From assembly GCA_973895155.1 (NCBI GenBank), contig OZ316891.1, positions 30,201,112 through 30,265,111 of the forward strand: DNA of 64,000 nucleotides, given 5' to 3'. The DNA is from Marsupella aquatica. Lineage: Eukaryota > Plantae > Marchantiophyta. A program made the position numbers and the translations under genes. Numbering within the stretch: position 1 is the stretch's first letter; each line of letters opens with the position of its first letter. Below the pieces are notes generated by a model, which was given only the letters and a program-made list of their open reading frames with translations, searched no databases and was not told the origin of the DNA. Below are positions 39,296-53,420 of this stretch, in pieces.

Positions 39296-42200
39296 ATGGC
39301 ATCGGCAGCATCTGGGCGAAATGCGCATCACCACATCATTGCAAATTCGAGTAGGAGGCGCCTCCGAGCTGTGGTGGCATCAGCTTCATCGCTGTTCTCC
39401 TCCAATTGCTCAGTTGTAGGATTGGAGGAGCAGCAGCACTATTGGCAGGGGAAGAAGAAGAATTCAGGGGCTGCTGAACAAGTATGGAGCCCATTTGCTG
39501 GACCTTCTGGTGACGATAACTCGAAATGTTGTACCAAACCTGCCCCTTGTTTCGACTACTACTGCTACTCCTACTCAGCTGTGGCCACTGGCAGCAGCGA
39601 AACGAGGAGGGCACAAAGACCTCCTTTGTGGGCCCGAATCCCATCATGGATCTCTGTCTCGATCATGGATGAAATGGGTAATCCACCCTCCAGCAACTCA
39701 CCCCACAGAAATGCAACCCGCAGTGGAATTCGACTTGCATCGAGCTTGGGACCACAGCAATGCATCCTTTCGTCGAGAAGGTTTGGTTTGCAGCAGCAGG
39801 CTGAAACTGAGATTTGTCAAGGCAGGTTGCATGTAAAGGAAATTTCGGGAGTTCGAATTTGGCAGAGCCCTAGAGAATTGCAGACGGGACATTCCTGCCA
39901 TGGAGGAGGAGGAGGTGATGACAAATCTGGGAAGATCGCGCATGATGGGAGAAATGCACCTCCCAGACTAAGGCAGTTTCATGGGTCGAGCCTTTTCTCT
40001 TCCAACTGGGGATCAAGGCAGTGCATGCAGTCCTCAAGATCGTTTGCGTTGCAGCAGGAGCATGAGTTTGTGACTGATCACGGTAAACCGGGTGTGGGGG
40101 AATCATCCCGAGTTCGGATTTGGCACAACCCGAGACGATTTCACATGGGGCATGCACACAATCATCATGGAGGAGGAGAGCATGATAAATCTGGGAAGGC
40201 CAGCGAACGTGTCCTAGGGTGGGGATTGTGGAGTGACATAGGTCTTGCGATTGGCAAGGGTGGTGCTGGTTACGTGTCTGCAAGCACGGCATTGATTGCT
40301 GATGCTGCCCACTCAGTTTCAGACATTGTGAGTATCTCCTCCGCGTGTGAAAGAAGTAACTCTGCATGACAGTCATACAAAAATTGTGATTTGACAGTAG
40401 TAGCAATTCGACACTTGATTTGCACTTGCCTCCTGAATTCAAGCGACAACTTTGTACCTTGTGCAGGCTTTGAGTGGTGTGGCACTCTGGACCTCCAAGG
40501 TGGCTCATGCTCCAAAAGACAAGCAACATCCCTATGGTAAGTTCTGTTGAAAAGGTTAGAAGTTTGACATCCTTTCAGATTCTTGCAACTTAATATCTCT
40601 TGTTGCAGTAAGGAGACATTTTACGTGGTCTAGTGGAGGATAACGCAATGTTAGTCGTTCATCCGACCAGTTGTTGCGCACAACCTTTTCTTTGCCCCTA
40701 TTGTGTTGTGTGGCTGATCGAAGGGCCTTTTGCTGTATGGATGCCCAGGTCATGGAAAATTTGAATCAATTGGTGCACTTGGGATATCTGGTATGCTTCT
40801 ACTGACTGGTGGCGGAATAGCATGGCATTCCTTGGAATCGCTGCAGGTATGAACCTCTCACCTTCTGTGTTATAAGCACCGCTTCGGTGTCGTGTAGCAC
40901 GCAAGACTAAAGATTGAAATCCATTGATGATCCCCGAAATGTCGGTACTGTTGATTGGACTATAGATTCTGCTAGTACGAGTTAGGCGTTACCTACGAAA
41001 CCTGCTATCGCGTTAAAGAGGGACTACTTAGTCAATTGAGTGTTTGAATAGTTTAGTGGCCTACCGCTGTGCATCCATCTGCTTCTCATTCGGTTGTCAT
41101 ATAATAAATCCAGTTGCAGTTTATGTGTTTGTGATGATATCATGGGAAGCTTTAAGGTATCTGCGGTGATTCCCAGATTCCTGATCGATTCCTTCAGGTA
41201 CTGCACTGTGTCAGACATTGTGTAACATTTCAGAATTATGTTTCTCAAGGTACACGTGACATTAAGAAAGCCACCTGGGTGGAATTCGTCCCTTTTTGCA
41301 ACAGCCATTTCTTCCAATGATGTCTGAGTGGGTGCAAACGACAACTGGTCACTCCCATGATCTTGGACAAGGAGGACATCATCATGGTATTGACTTGCAG
41401 CATCCATATGTGGCTCTCACTGCAGCAGTTGCCTCCATTGGGGTGAAAGAAATGTCTGCCACAATTCCTCTTAGACAACTAGAAATACCTGGAATTATGT
41501 TTGGCTCTTAGCATTATCTTTCCATTCTTTTTGTGAGGTTGAACTACATTCAGGTTGCTGTGCGTTTCTTGATCCCTATTGTGTTCTTTAATTTGAAGAG
41601 CTTTTCTAGCTCTACTTTCTGTCTCTATTTTTTGGCTTATGGTGACGAGGAGGATTTTAAAAATGGAACTCAGAAACTCATATATTTTGGCCGCTTACGA
41701 CCGTAGGTTTTCTTGATGTGTTGCTGGAGATGAATGCAACCTCGCAGGTTTTTTTTTCCCAGTCAGATTAATTGATGTGATACGTGCAGATTGTATCAGC
41801 GAACTAGAGCAATAGGGGAAGCGCAGCACAGTGAGCTACTCAAAGCAAGTGCATGGCACCATCGTAGTGATGCTATATCCTCAATTGTTGCTTTACTTGG
41901 CATTGGTAACTTCTCTCACTCCCCTCACTTGTAATCTTTTAGTCTTGGTGAGTATCAATGGCAAAACTCCGCCCGAAGTTGAAGAGCTAAACAGATTCTT
42001 TGCCATTCACCTAATTAAAGCAATTCCAAAGCGTCATCAACGTGACTACATTTAAGGGAAGGTTCACCAAATTGGTCTTTGATCACTTTCGGTTCATCTT
42101 TCAGGGGGCGCAATATTGGGCATGCCCCTATTAGACCCGGTAGCTGGGTTTGTTGTGTCTGGCATGATCATGAAGGCAGGGTTTGAAACTGGATATCAGA

Positions 42201-45200
42201 GGTATTTTACTACAATTTTATTCATCTGATACTAGAGAGGTACATTTTGGTTTCATATCAATGATGCTGTAGTCCCAGATCAATATAAACTCCTTCCAGG
42301 AATATCTGATGGATTTAGAACCCTCTGTGCCTTTGCAACCAAAACTGTGTCGTCAGTGATTAGAAAAACATTTGTTGAGACATCTCTCTAGACATCGGTG
42401 AATCTTGAATTATAGGTGTTCCTTTTCAGAGGTTATATCTCAGCAGTAGTGTTTTTATATAGAGCTTCAGATTGCAGGGGTGTCGTAATTATGAGGACCA
42501 ACAGTAACGGAAAGACACTTTAGCGTACTACCTGGTGTATCTGAGTCCTGTGCCTAGTTGGTCGAGCTTAAATCTCAATCCATCGAGTATCTGCGGTACA
42601 AGACCTGTGTTTTGGGGGTTTTGTCTCTCTACTAAGGCTCTCACGTGTCAGCTTTCTCTTGTATGTTTTTTGTTGTGAATAAGACGAACCTGTGAGTCAC
42701 GGATGAAATACATTTAGGTTTAGAAAGCACGCACTGTTCTGTGGTCTCTTAAAGAATACTGTCATTTGGTTCCAGTTCCTTAAATGCTTGACGTGCCAGT
42801 AGCTCAATACACCCAATGACTGGTCAAACTAGTGTCCCTACATTCATCTGCTTACAAAGCATGAGCTCTATTTGTTTGGATCAGTCTCCAGGATTTGGTG
42901 GACTCTGGTGTACAAGAATCTATTCTTGCTCCAATTAGAACTACTGTCCTTGAAGTTGAAGGTGTGGAGGTATGGCGAGATCTTTGGGCATCTTCACATA
43001 TCTGTCAGTGTCATATTTCAGATAGTTTCTGGTTATAATGATGGTAATGTTTTTTACGTGCTTGCATACACATTGTTCCGAAATTGCAAAACCCATCACC
43101 GTAGTGATTCTTTTTGTTGAGCTTCTCAATGACGAAATCAAGGGCACACTTTTGACATTCTTAGCATTTTCAATTGTTTTGTGCACTTTTTGCTTTAGGG
43201 TTGCCATCACTTGCGAGGACGAAAGATGGGATCCTTTATTCACGTAGATGCTCATATTGAGGTAATTAATCCTGTACTCCCGAGTTTCGTTCGTGTTGAG
43301 TGAGTTCAAGAGTCTTCATCTCATCAGCAGATTGACACCAGTCGTTGCAACCTTTCGCAGGTGGATCCTTGGTTGAGCGTGAGTGCTGCCCATAATATAG
43401 CCGAAGCAGTTCGTCATCAAGTACATAACAAGCACCCAGAAGTTACTGAGACATTTGTACATATAGGTAACTCTTACTTGCTCACGTTCTCCAAATCCCA
43501 ACGTCCTTGGGAAATAATCTGAATGTGTTTTCTTCTCAAGACTGCTCGAACCTGCAGACCAGGTGTATGAGTTGCTCTAGTCACCTAGGACCAAGTTAGA
43601 AGAACAGTCGTTGGCTCGTTTCATGCAGCTATAATTGAGAGTTTGTATTGTGTCTTCTGATTTACGAAGCCAGAATGCAGTTTTGAATGTGGCAGGAGAC
43701 ATTACTAACAATTATGTGTAACTTCCATCGTTTCTGATGAAAATAAGTACTCAGTGGAAAGCATAACAGAAAATTCATTCCTTTATGGAAATATTTAGTT
43801 TGATACTTTCTACAAGGTTAGTGTCACATATTCAACTGTGATCCTAATTCTTTAGGTAAGTTTCAGCATCTCTCAATATGGAGTAAAGTTTGACCAAACT
43901 GCTGTAGGGGCTTAATGGCAGGTGTTGTTCCTGTTGTATCTTTTGATGGACAGAACCAGCTGATGGAGGAACCAAAATCGTCACCCATCAGGAGGCTGAA
44001 ATTGAGCATGAGTTACATGCTCACAAAGGAGACTCTCATGAGCACCCGGACAAAAATGATCTTTCTTTCAACAAAAAGGATCTGACAAACCTGGGATCCA
44101 AGTCAGATCTCATGAAGAGTATTCACAAAGAGGAATGCTTGGATGATGGTTTTGAAATTGATACGCGTCAGCACTCGGGGATCGAGCAAGATGTCCGTAA
44201 TGTTGTGGGAGCCAACTTTCACGAGGTACGTTTCTAGATTCAAAAGAAAAATCTTTTCAAAAGGCTGTCCCATTAGAGATAGCAAATTTTGTTTTTGTTT
44301 ATGAAAGGACACGAGTGTGATTCATTCAAGTTCCTATCGGAGGAGATACAATACTATGTAAGGGCCACATACTACTCTACAGTGGAGTAAAGCTGCTAGA
44401 GGTTTGGTCACATGCAGTTATAGAACCTTACAACTCGAAGGGACATGCACATTCATAATTCCCCTGCTTACGTGCAGAGCATGGGTGTAAACCCTCAGCC
44501 CCCCCCAAAAAAATTAAAAAACTGGTAGCAAATAAAATCATCAAATGGAGAAATGGCGGGTGGACTTGTAGACTCCGGTGTGGATTTTCGATGCCCGATA
44601 TTGACAGTTCAGCTGTCGGAGTTCCGAGAAAAATCCTGAAATGGAAAGTAGAATTAGGGATCAATTTTAAGGATGATCTGTTGTAATCTTGGTTGTCCAA
44701 GCCATTTAACAATTCTTCACAAGCAATGCATCTAGTTCAGTGACTACAAGTTCCGACTGCAACAAGACGCAACTGAGTCCCCACATTGAAAGCCTTCAAT
44801 ATTCAAGATTTGTCCTTTCCCTTCTATCTTGAAGTGTATCATTACTTCTCTCGTCATTTCTCGAGATTAGATAGTTGCTATCACAGGAGCATACGAGAGT
44901 TGTACTTCTGTGTAAGAAATTTGTGAGTTCGTCATCTATGTCATGTGCGCAACAAGGTAAGTAGACATTGAATGTGTTTCGTACCTGCTATGCAATAATG
45001 TTTCTTCCTTGCCTGTTTGTAGAGAATGAGCATAAGTCACGTTACATCCCATTTTGTGCAAGGCAAAGTGGTCGTAGAGGTGGAAGTGTCTATGAACCCC
45101 GAGATCTCTGTAAGGTATGTGCACACGATTTGGGAATCGTGCGTATTGGTTGACCTGCAGTCTTTATTTATACGGCTTCCAATCGGCTGGTAGAACAATC

Positions 45201-45379
45201 TAAACTGGTACTTGACGTGATGCTGGATTTCTAATAAAATCTTTTGTGGTTCCTGGGATTGTAGGAATGCGATGGATTATGCAGCTGAAGCTCAGCGGGC
45301 CATATTAGAAAAGGTATCAGACATTTCTACGGTGCGAGTACAGTTGAAGCTTAGCAAAAGCTCAACTCAGAACCTGTAA
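39296..45379 (+). CDS. MTP6: Cation diffusion facilitator / metal tolerance protein, mitochondrial MTP6 (MTPc1, rice MTP2) type, 12 exons
   Basis: Exons 39296-40327, 40467-40536, 40749-40846, 41305-41453, 41790-41905, 42105-42201, 42885-42969, 43199-43261, 43361-43466, 43954-44225, 45023-45114 and 45265-45379 (TAA). CDF motifs: STALIADAAHSVSD, HPYGHGKFE, AWHHRSDAISS, LDPVAG, HLRGRKMGSFIHVDAHIEVDPWLSVSAAHNI. Confidence 0.93.
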
Positions 45380-47334
45380 GCGACTGGGTCTGTTGGAAAC
45401 TTCTCTCGACATCGTTGAATTTAGTTACACTATTTTCATACATTAATTTTCGAATCATCCCAACTAATATTGACCTCAAGACGTACCACAAGAAGTAAAT
45501 CACGTGTTAGTCTGTAGGTCGTTTTAGTTTCGCATTCGTGACTGAATATTTACCGACACAAAAGTGCTCACTGAGAAGTGACAAAGGGCTCCTGACCCGG
45601 TGTGATCTACTTTGCCGGTAGCTTCCGTAGTTCCACCGTGGCTTTAGGTTTATGCGCTCCGTTTTCGAACTGGTGACAGTTTCCACACTATATTTTGTTA
45701 GACAAATTTTAGGAGGTGACGTTCTGGACCCAATTCGTAGAGTCTTTTGCCTTCAACTGGCCTCAAATAATGTAGAAGAAATATTACATTATTTAGTCTA
45801 GATTTTGGAAGCGAAGCACACAGCTAACAAAACAGGCATCCTATTTCAAATGGCTTTCATTGTCTGGACTCTGATAACTCGAGGGTACGAACCATTTTGA
45901 GCCCTTATTCTTCTCTCATTCTCGTTGAAGTTGTCTTACTTGATTTCAGCACCGAGAGACTCAGGTTTTGCCGTTTTTTTATTGGGATCCTGGAATTGTC
46001 TAGCAAGTCCAGCTGTGAATCGTAATTGCTTTTGCCCATGTGGTGGCTATTGAGGGGCCAGAAGTAGTGTTTGCTATCTTTGCCTTCTACTTACTGATTG
46101 TATTTTCTGGTGAAGTTGAGCCACGCGGAATAAATCATCTGTAAAACACCGAAGACATCCAGGTTAGTGATTCTAGATCAATGTCAACTTTTCATGATGA
46201 TTTCAGGTTTGTGTCGGGGCCGTTCCTCCCATCACAAAATATCTGTTACAGCGCCGTGAGCTACATGGGTTTCAATTGATGTGATTTTTGTCGAAGATTC
46301 CCCACAAGAACGTTCTACCAGTTTCTCTTTGGACTGCGTGATATTCATTTGCCCCCGAAATTGCAAATAGCTCGTCACGTGGGGAGCAAGTGGAATAGAG
46401 CTGCAAAATCCCAAGAGCTCTAAGTTTTTTCTATGTCCATGAAATTATGTAGTATTCCTCGAGAGTTTTTTAAATTCCAGGGTAAAGAGACAGCCCTTGC
46501 TTCAAGAAAACCATGCCTAGTTTTCTAATGTTGGTCAAGGTTGAACATCCAAACTGCAACTGAGCGACTCGCAAACTAATCACTGTGCCTAGTTATACCT
46601 GTCATTTCTATTCACGTGGATTCCAAAATTTCTTACAAAGATGGTCGTTCCAAAAATAGTCCAAATTTCAGGTGATGCATTCTGCCTCACTCCCTACGTG
46701 ATCTAACTGGGAGGCTTTGCCATCACGAGATTGCCTTTACTGGGGCCGTTTTGCACCATGGGCAGGTGTTCTTTCACTTCTAGTGATGTTTGCTTGCTAG
46801 GTAGCCACCGTTTGTGCATGTGGGCAGGTTTTGGAGAGGGCTCTGGGTTTCAGATTGGAAACTGCTAATTATTGGTCGATGTCCATTAGCACGAAGCCTG
46901 CTTTCAGGTTTAGATTTGGGAGAGCCACCCCGGGGAAAGTTCCATATTGGCCTGCACCGTTGAGATGTCAATGGAAGTCCGTGTGGGGCCAAGGCTGTCT
47001 ACGGTATTGCAGGAGCAAAAAGGCAAAATTGATTCTGATTGAAGTCAACATTTGCCTTGGCCTGGGTGCCATTTTTTGTACACAAACCATGAGCAAGAAA
47101 GAGAGATTACATACCACTGACATTACTGACCGTTCTTGAAACTAGGTAGAGGACAAAAAGTACATTGCCAAAGGTTTTTTTTCCTATTATTCATATTCAA
47201 TCAATGATTTGTCCCCAATCCCTGCACCCCACCTTCAAATATGCGTGAGGGTCATGGTCTAGAGGCTCCACTCTAGAGAGTAGGCAGTGAAAGTAGCTCT
47301 CTTAATTTCTTATTAGATACTTATAGAGACAGTT

Positions 47335-47502
47335 TGAATGCCCATTCTTTGAAGAAATGACAAATGACAAATCATGCATGATCATCATTTTATGATACAT
47401 AAGATCTCATTGGTTTTTTCATCCACATAAATTGTGATGGGGTCTTAGAGTCACGTCTAGAGGCTTGAATCTCTAAGTTAGACCCCAACTCTAGCTTCTC
47501 AT
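47335..47502. repeat. Dispersed repeat, copy B (copy A at ~18127-18301)
   Basis: Same collinear blocks as 18127-18301, in the same orientation. Confidence 0.65.
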
Positions 47503-50500
47503 TACTGTTTATTAGTAAAATAAATAGATATTATCTAGATCCACATCTTCATGAGGGCTACCTACAATATGCTTGTTTTCCGAGTGTAGTGATGTAGGAT
47601 TCTCAATAATGCATACAGAAGTCCAGTAATTCTATTTAAAAAAAAAGTCTCCAACGCATCATTACTGATGTCCATCAAGTGAGTCAATTATCGATCTGTA
47701 CCAAGTAGTCAACTGGATTATGGATGTAGCTTTTAGAATTAGAAATGGTACGTTTTATGAACTGTGAGCTATTTGAAGCACTAACTTTTATGAACTATGA
47801 GCTATGTGACTGGGGAAGTGTTGTCAACAATTATAGCCAGATTTGGGAATATACAGAGAAAATGTGGGATGGGAGCATGTTACAGAATATAACATGGAGG
47901 GCCAAGAACTTTGGAAGGTAGCAGAGGAGGGGAGGAAGTAGGATTTGTTCCATGTCTGGAGACCATTGAAAAGCTCTCGTGGTCAGGGGCCTGGCTGTCC
48001 AAAACATTACAGCCCATTTGAGAATATGCAGAGAAAAGAAATATGGCACTGGGATGGTACAGAATACAAGATGAGGAAGGTTGAAGGAAGTTTGCTTAGT
48101 AATAGAGGAGGGAGGCGGAAGGAGGGAAGATTAGTTTTAGTCTTCTGGTGACCAAAGCACTCTTTGGTCACAGGCAGGGTAGGGTGTTCAATACTGTAAT
48201 TAAAAGTCAAATAACTCCTATTTATAGAACAGCTTCCCCCTATGTCCTTCTCAAAGTCCAACAATTGATAAGTCTGTGCCAAGTAGCTAAGTGGATTAGG
48301 AATGTAATCTATGAAATTACAATGAAACAGACACAAATTTATGAACTATGAGTAATTGGGCCCCTCGGTGGAAGACTTTCCTCAATGGAGCTAAAGAGAC
48401 TATGAGGCACTATATTTCTTCCTGCCTATAAAGACTTTCATGATACAAGAAATGACAAAACCTTGCTTCTAGGTGCATTCATGTACTATCCAAACAGGGG
48501 CTGGCAAAGTATATTTTGCTCCATACCTTGACTTCCATGCCATTGGCCAACATGTACTTAAAGAGCCACTAGCCATGACATAAACCTGGTTACACCAAAT
48601 TTTACCATTTTTAGTATTCTTTCCTGAAATTGTGGAGCAAAGTCTCATTGTAAAGGAGAGGAATGTGAAAAAGAGAGAAATCTTGGATATTTCTCATTCT
48701 TTATGGCCAATGTTGGTTTAAATATATACAACCTGGGTCTTAGGAAGAGAAAATTATAAAGAAAAACTAGAGAAAGTCTCTTCCTGAATTGCAGCAGGCT
48801 ACATTGCAGTGTGGAGCTCGCCAAAGTCACAGTCATGAGTAATATACATGCTGGTTAGCTAGTCCATCATTTCATTTCAAATTGTCACAAGGAGCAGATG
48901 CTACTGTCTAAAATCTTGTGGTGAAATAACTACAATTTGGGCAATGGGCATTGTCATGGGTTTATATTCTACGCCTCAAAGAAAAGTTTAAAGAAGGCAT
49001 GAATGTTGACCACGTGAACCTGCTGGACCAAGCACTTTCAAACCCCGAACAATGTCAGCAACAAAACAAAAGGAAGGTATTATTTATCTGAATAAAAATA
49101 AAAGGGGGATCTACAAGATACGAGCAAACAATACTTTTTGCCAGATGTGAAGGGTATTGCTAGAGAGGCAATCTGATTGCTAGCAAGTCACAGCAGTCCA
49201 CCAGTTTAGAATGAATTTATGAAGTCTCTTGGACACCTCTTTGTCAGCCAAGTCACTAGTCTCTGATGGTATCTGTGTATTAACTCCATGTCTACTCTAC
49301 GAGCATATAGGTGCTCTCACACGGGTAGATTCAAGTGCTTTGTAGGACTCCAGATGGTCATCAAGTTTTGCGAGCCAAACAACAAGTCCCAATTTGGGTT
49401 TTTGAAAAAGATGACACCAAAATCAAGGTTTCTGAAACCCAGTTCTGGCTAGCAAGGACTAAGTTGCTAGCAAAGTGGTGGATATCTAGGGCTCCTATGA
49501 GAACAAGGAGTGGTATTGCAAGGAATGTTCTTGTTTGCTTGCATGTTACTGATACCCAAAGAAATGTGTCAAAAATATGTAGGCAATCTATTTAAGCATC
49601 TTGTTAAACATTGTGATCAATAGAAATCATGGTTTCAATATTTGGAAGACAATTTGATAAACTCTCCCTTAAATATGATGTTGTAATAATTTGCAGGACC
49701 TTATGGGGTCTTGCGTCCCAAGTTCAAAGCATTTGGGCAATGCCATGATGTTTGGACTTCCAGCACTATCTGCCGGTTCAATACTATTCTTGCTATTGCA
49801 CGAAGACTTTTCCGAAGTACAATCACATTTTCTGACCAGGCCTAGTTACTACTCTTACACATTTTTGACCAAGTGTAATTACTGGCCTTACACTCCCTTA
49901 GATTTTCTCAAAAAGTGCCTGACTGGATGGGCCAGGACATATTTTTCAGTGATCAGCAGGAAGACTTTCTGGATGTGAGTTCCTTTCCATAGTCGGAATA
50001 CAAAGATACTGTAAAGCTAAATTAAGGGGCACAGGGAAACCAAACATTCGCCCCAGGGCCACCATACAATCCCACCTGGCACGCAGATTGTGGATAACAA
50101 CTTACACAAAAAAAAGTGAAGAAGGCCCCAGGTCTTGCTGTAATAATGAACCAATGATATGATCATGGGAGCTTTTCATTAATATCTCAGTCTTGGTGGT
50201 TTCACGACATGCACATCTATGGGCCCACAAAAATCCAAACAAATCTCTGAAAGTGTCCCAACACTAATGGCCATTCAAAAATATTATTTAAAAATGCAAA
50301 AGCTCCTCTGGGCGCCATTCAAATTGTTGTCAATTGGTCAAAAGGCTTCTTTCATGAGTGCTGGAGCCTCACTCTCCCTAGGGGGTAATTTGTAAGGTTT
50401 TTGGCCATGGTGGCTAAATTTACTCTTGTGTCAAAAGAAAAGATACGCAGCATACTTCTTATATAATTTTAGCAGACTGATTTTTTATACTTAGATATCC

Positions 50501-51044
50501 CTACATTTCTCGATAACCCTCAGATTTTGGATAGGGTCTCTGACTAGGTGGGAAAGCGAAGACTTTTCTGGGAGGTGGAATTAGGAGAATTTTTGCCACT
50601 TATAAAAAGTTGCTCCCCTAGCGTCTTTTTCTCGTGCTACAGTGCTGCTATAGACTTCTGGCTAGCATCTCTCACGCAAAGGAGACCCTGTTAACAGCAT
50701 ATCCATCCTTGGAACATGCTTTAGCTTAGAATCTCAGGTATGGGCAGATATTCTATTCTAATCCAACCCCAACTTTTGAACTCTTGTTCAGCATACGGTC
50801 TGGTCAATGCTGGATCTAAAATTCAAATCCAGCATTTACATTTCACCCTTAGTGCTCACTCATTGTCCTCCTCTCCAATAAGAACCCTACATCTCACACT
50901 TTCAGATGAAGCCAAAAACACATAAAAAAGGGAGGAAAAGTCAATTATTATAATCATTGTTGAATCACATCTGAGTCTTTATGCCTTGAAAACCAAAAGC
51001 AGGCCCATCCAACAGAGGATAGACGTCCTGCTTTGGAACATGCA

Positions 51045-51300
51045 TTTCTATATAGGGTAGCCACAAGGGGACAATACCCAGGGATCCGACAGGGACCAGA
51101 CCAGGAGGGAGAGAGGATTAAACCAGAACCCAAAGTGGGCAACCAGGGCTGAGGAGATAATCAATACTCCCACCACTACACCCCACCCACACACACACAC
51201 ATACCCTCCACACCCCTTATGTGTGGAGGGAGGATTGAACCTGGGACCTCTCGATTCTAGGCTCATCCTCTGGCCAACTGACCAAAGCCAGTTGGTTACA
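51045..51300 (-). mobile_element. tRNA-derived SINE-like element
   Basis: The minus strand has an A-box-like TGGTCAGTTGG and a B-box GGTTCAATCC (51232-51241) at tRNA spacing, followed by a (GT)n tract and an unrelated body. There is no intact cloverleaf. Boundaries are approximate. Confidence 0.6.
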
Positions 51301-51744
51301 TCTGAGCCTTTATATTCATGCCCTTCTGACCACACCCTGACACCTCCTCCCCATTGAGGTGAACAGTCTCGAGAAATCCATTCATCACAATCCCTTGGGT
51401 CCCACTCAATTAGTTGTCTCTGTTTTACCTTTTCCATGTAGATGATAATGAGTGATCCCCATTTTTCCTAAGGGTGAAGTTCATTTTGCGGGCATGGGAC
51501 TTTGGTGAAGACCACTTGGGAGGGGGGTGCTAGTAGACTGATGGAGCTTGAACTGGGAAAGTCCTCAAACAATGAAGATTACTACCACTCGGTTACGCTT
51601 GCTAGCATGACTCAGAGCATCTCCTATGGTGAATGCTATTTGCTTATTGTATACAATAAATGTAGAGTAAAGAGCTGCTTTTTTTGGTCTAGTGTGTGTA
51701 CAGCAAGGATGATATGTTAAAAATCAAGCCCAATGGTTGTTTCA

Positions 51745-53420
51745 GTACCATTTCTGTGACATAAAAGCTACCAAATTTACCACGGTTGTCGTTATCCCAT
51801 GATCGTTCATTCTCGTCATTGATGGTACAAAAACAATTACTGTGGCATACTAAATCATAATATAGAGGGTTCCTACGGTCAAGAATTTGTTTTCATATAG
51901 GGGGACAGAGGAAGTACCGCCATCAGATCTACCACAGTATAGTAGCTGTGTTAAAGGAACAAGGTGCTGAAACATACCCTAAGTAAACTTCTCTTACAGT
52001 AGGCAACTTACTTACTCTCCTCTTGTGAAAGTCCACCAAGGTGAAAGTTGATCACTATTTTGGCACATTCTCGCCTATAATGAAATGTTTTCAGCATATC
52101 AGTTTGGACATAGTTATTCACTACAGTCCCATTTCTGTGACACAACATTGGGCAATTAGGTTATTGAGGTTGTCTTTATCCCATGACTGTTCATTCCCTT
52201 TACTGTTGGTTCGATACAATCACTGCAGTTTCATAAGTCATAGCATATATAGAGGGTAGCTAGGGTCAAAATTTTGTTTACTAATAGGGGGACAGAGGAA
52301 GTAAACTGTCTTCAGACCTAGTGTAGTAACGTGTTAAAGGAACAAAGTGCTGAAAGTACCCTGAGTAAACTTCGCTTTAGTCGGTAACTTACTTACCCTC
52401 CTCTTGTGAAGGTCCACCAAGGTGAAGGTTGATCACTATTTTGGCACTTTCTTGCCTAAAATGAAATGTTTTCAGATTATCCGTATGGACATAACTGTTC
52501 ACTACAGTCCCATTTCTGTGACACAACGTTGGGCATTTAAGTTATTAAGGTTGTCGTTATCTTATGAACGTCCATGCCATTACTGTTGCTTCGAAACAAT
52601 CATTGTAGCGTCGTAAGTAGAGCGCACCTGTGGTAAAGAATTTGTTTTCTTAAAGGGGGACAGAGGAAGTAAACCACTTTCAGAACTAGTACTGCAGTTT
52701 TGTTAATTAAAGGAACAAAGTGCTAAAGGGTACCCTACTTAAACTGCTCATATACTAGTTAGCTTTACTTACTCTCCACTTGTGAAGTTCACCAAGGTGA
52801 AGGCACTATTTGGCTGTTTAGCCTAGAGTTTAATATTTTCAGCAAGACTATGTGGACAGATTCACTACAGGACTATTTTCGGCAACACAACGTTGGGCAA
52901 TTATTAAGTTTAATAGGGTTGTCGTTATCACATGAAGGTTCATTCTCGTGACAGTTGGTTAGGAAAAATTACTGTAGCGTCATGAAGGCATAACATAGAG
53001 GGTACCTATGGTACATACAGTCCTGCTTTTTCTTTTTCTGTAGCTCAAAAGGATTCGTCAGTTTTGATTAGTGTAAGGTGTAAAAACTTAGTTTGACAAC
53101 AGTGTCAAACTTGCTGTCCTATTGTGAAAAAGTCCACCAAGGTGAAGGTTGATCACTATTTTGGCACGTTCGCCTAAATTGAAATATCTTTAGAATATCT
53201 GTGTAGTGATGTTCACTACAGTCCCATTTCTTGTGCCACAACGTCGCGCAATAAAGTTGAATAGGGTTGTCGTTATCACACGAACGTTCATTCTCGTTAC
53301 TGTTGGCTCCAAAGTCCAAACAATCACTGTAGAGTCTAAGTCATAACACAGAGGGTACCTAGGGTACAGTAACAGTTAAATATACATTCCTGCTTTTTGT
53401 TTTTCATATTCTGTAGCTCG
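51745..53420. repeat. About 4.5 diverged tandem copies of a ~345-380-bp unit
   Basis: The anchor ccaccaaggtgaa.gttgatcactattttggcac occurs at ~52034, 52415, 52790 and 53135. ggttgtcgttatc and gggggacagaggaagta also recur. Confidence 0.88.

Noticed and set aside
51200-51300. Functional tRNA gene
   Set aside because: A and B boxes are present, but the acceptor and anticodon stems do not form a convincing cloverleaf. Treated as a SINE head.
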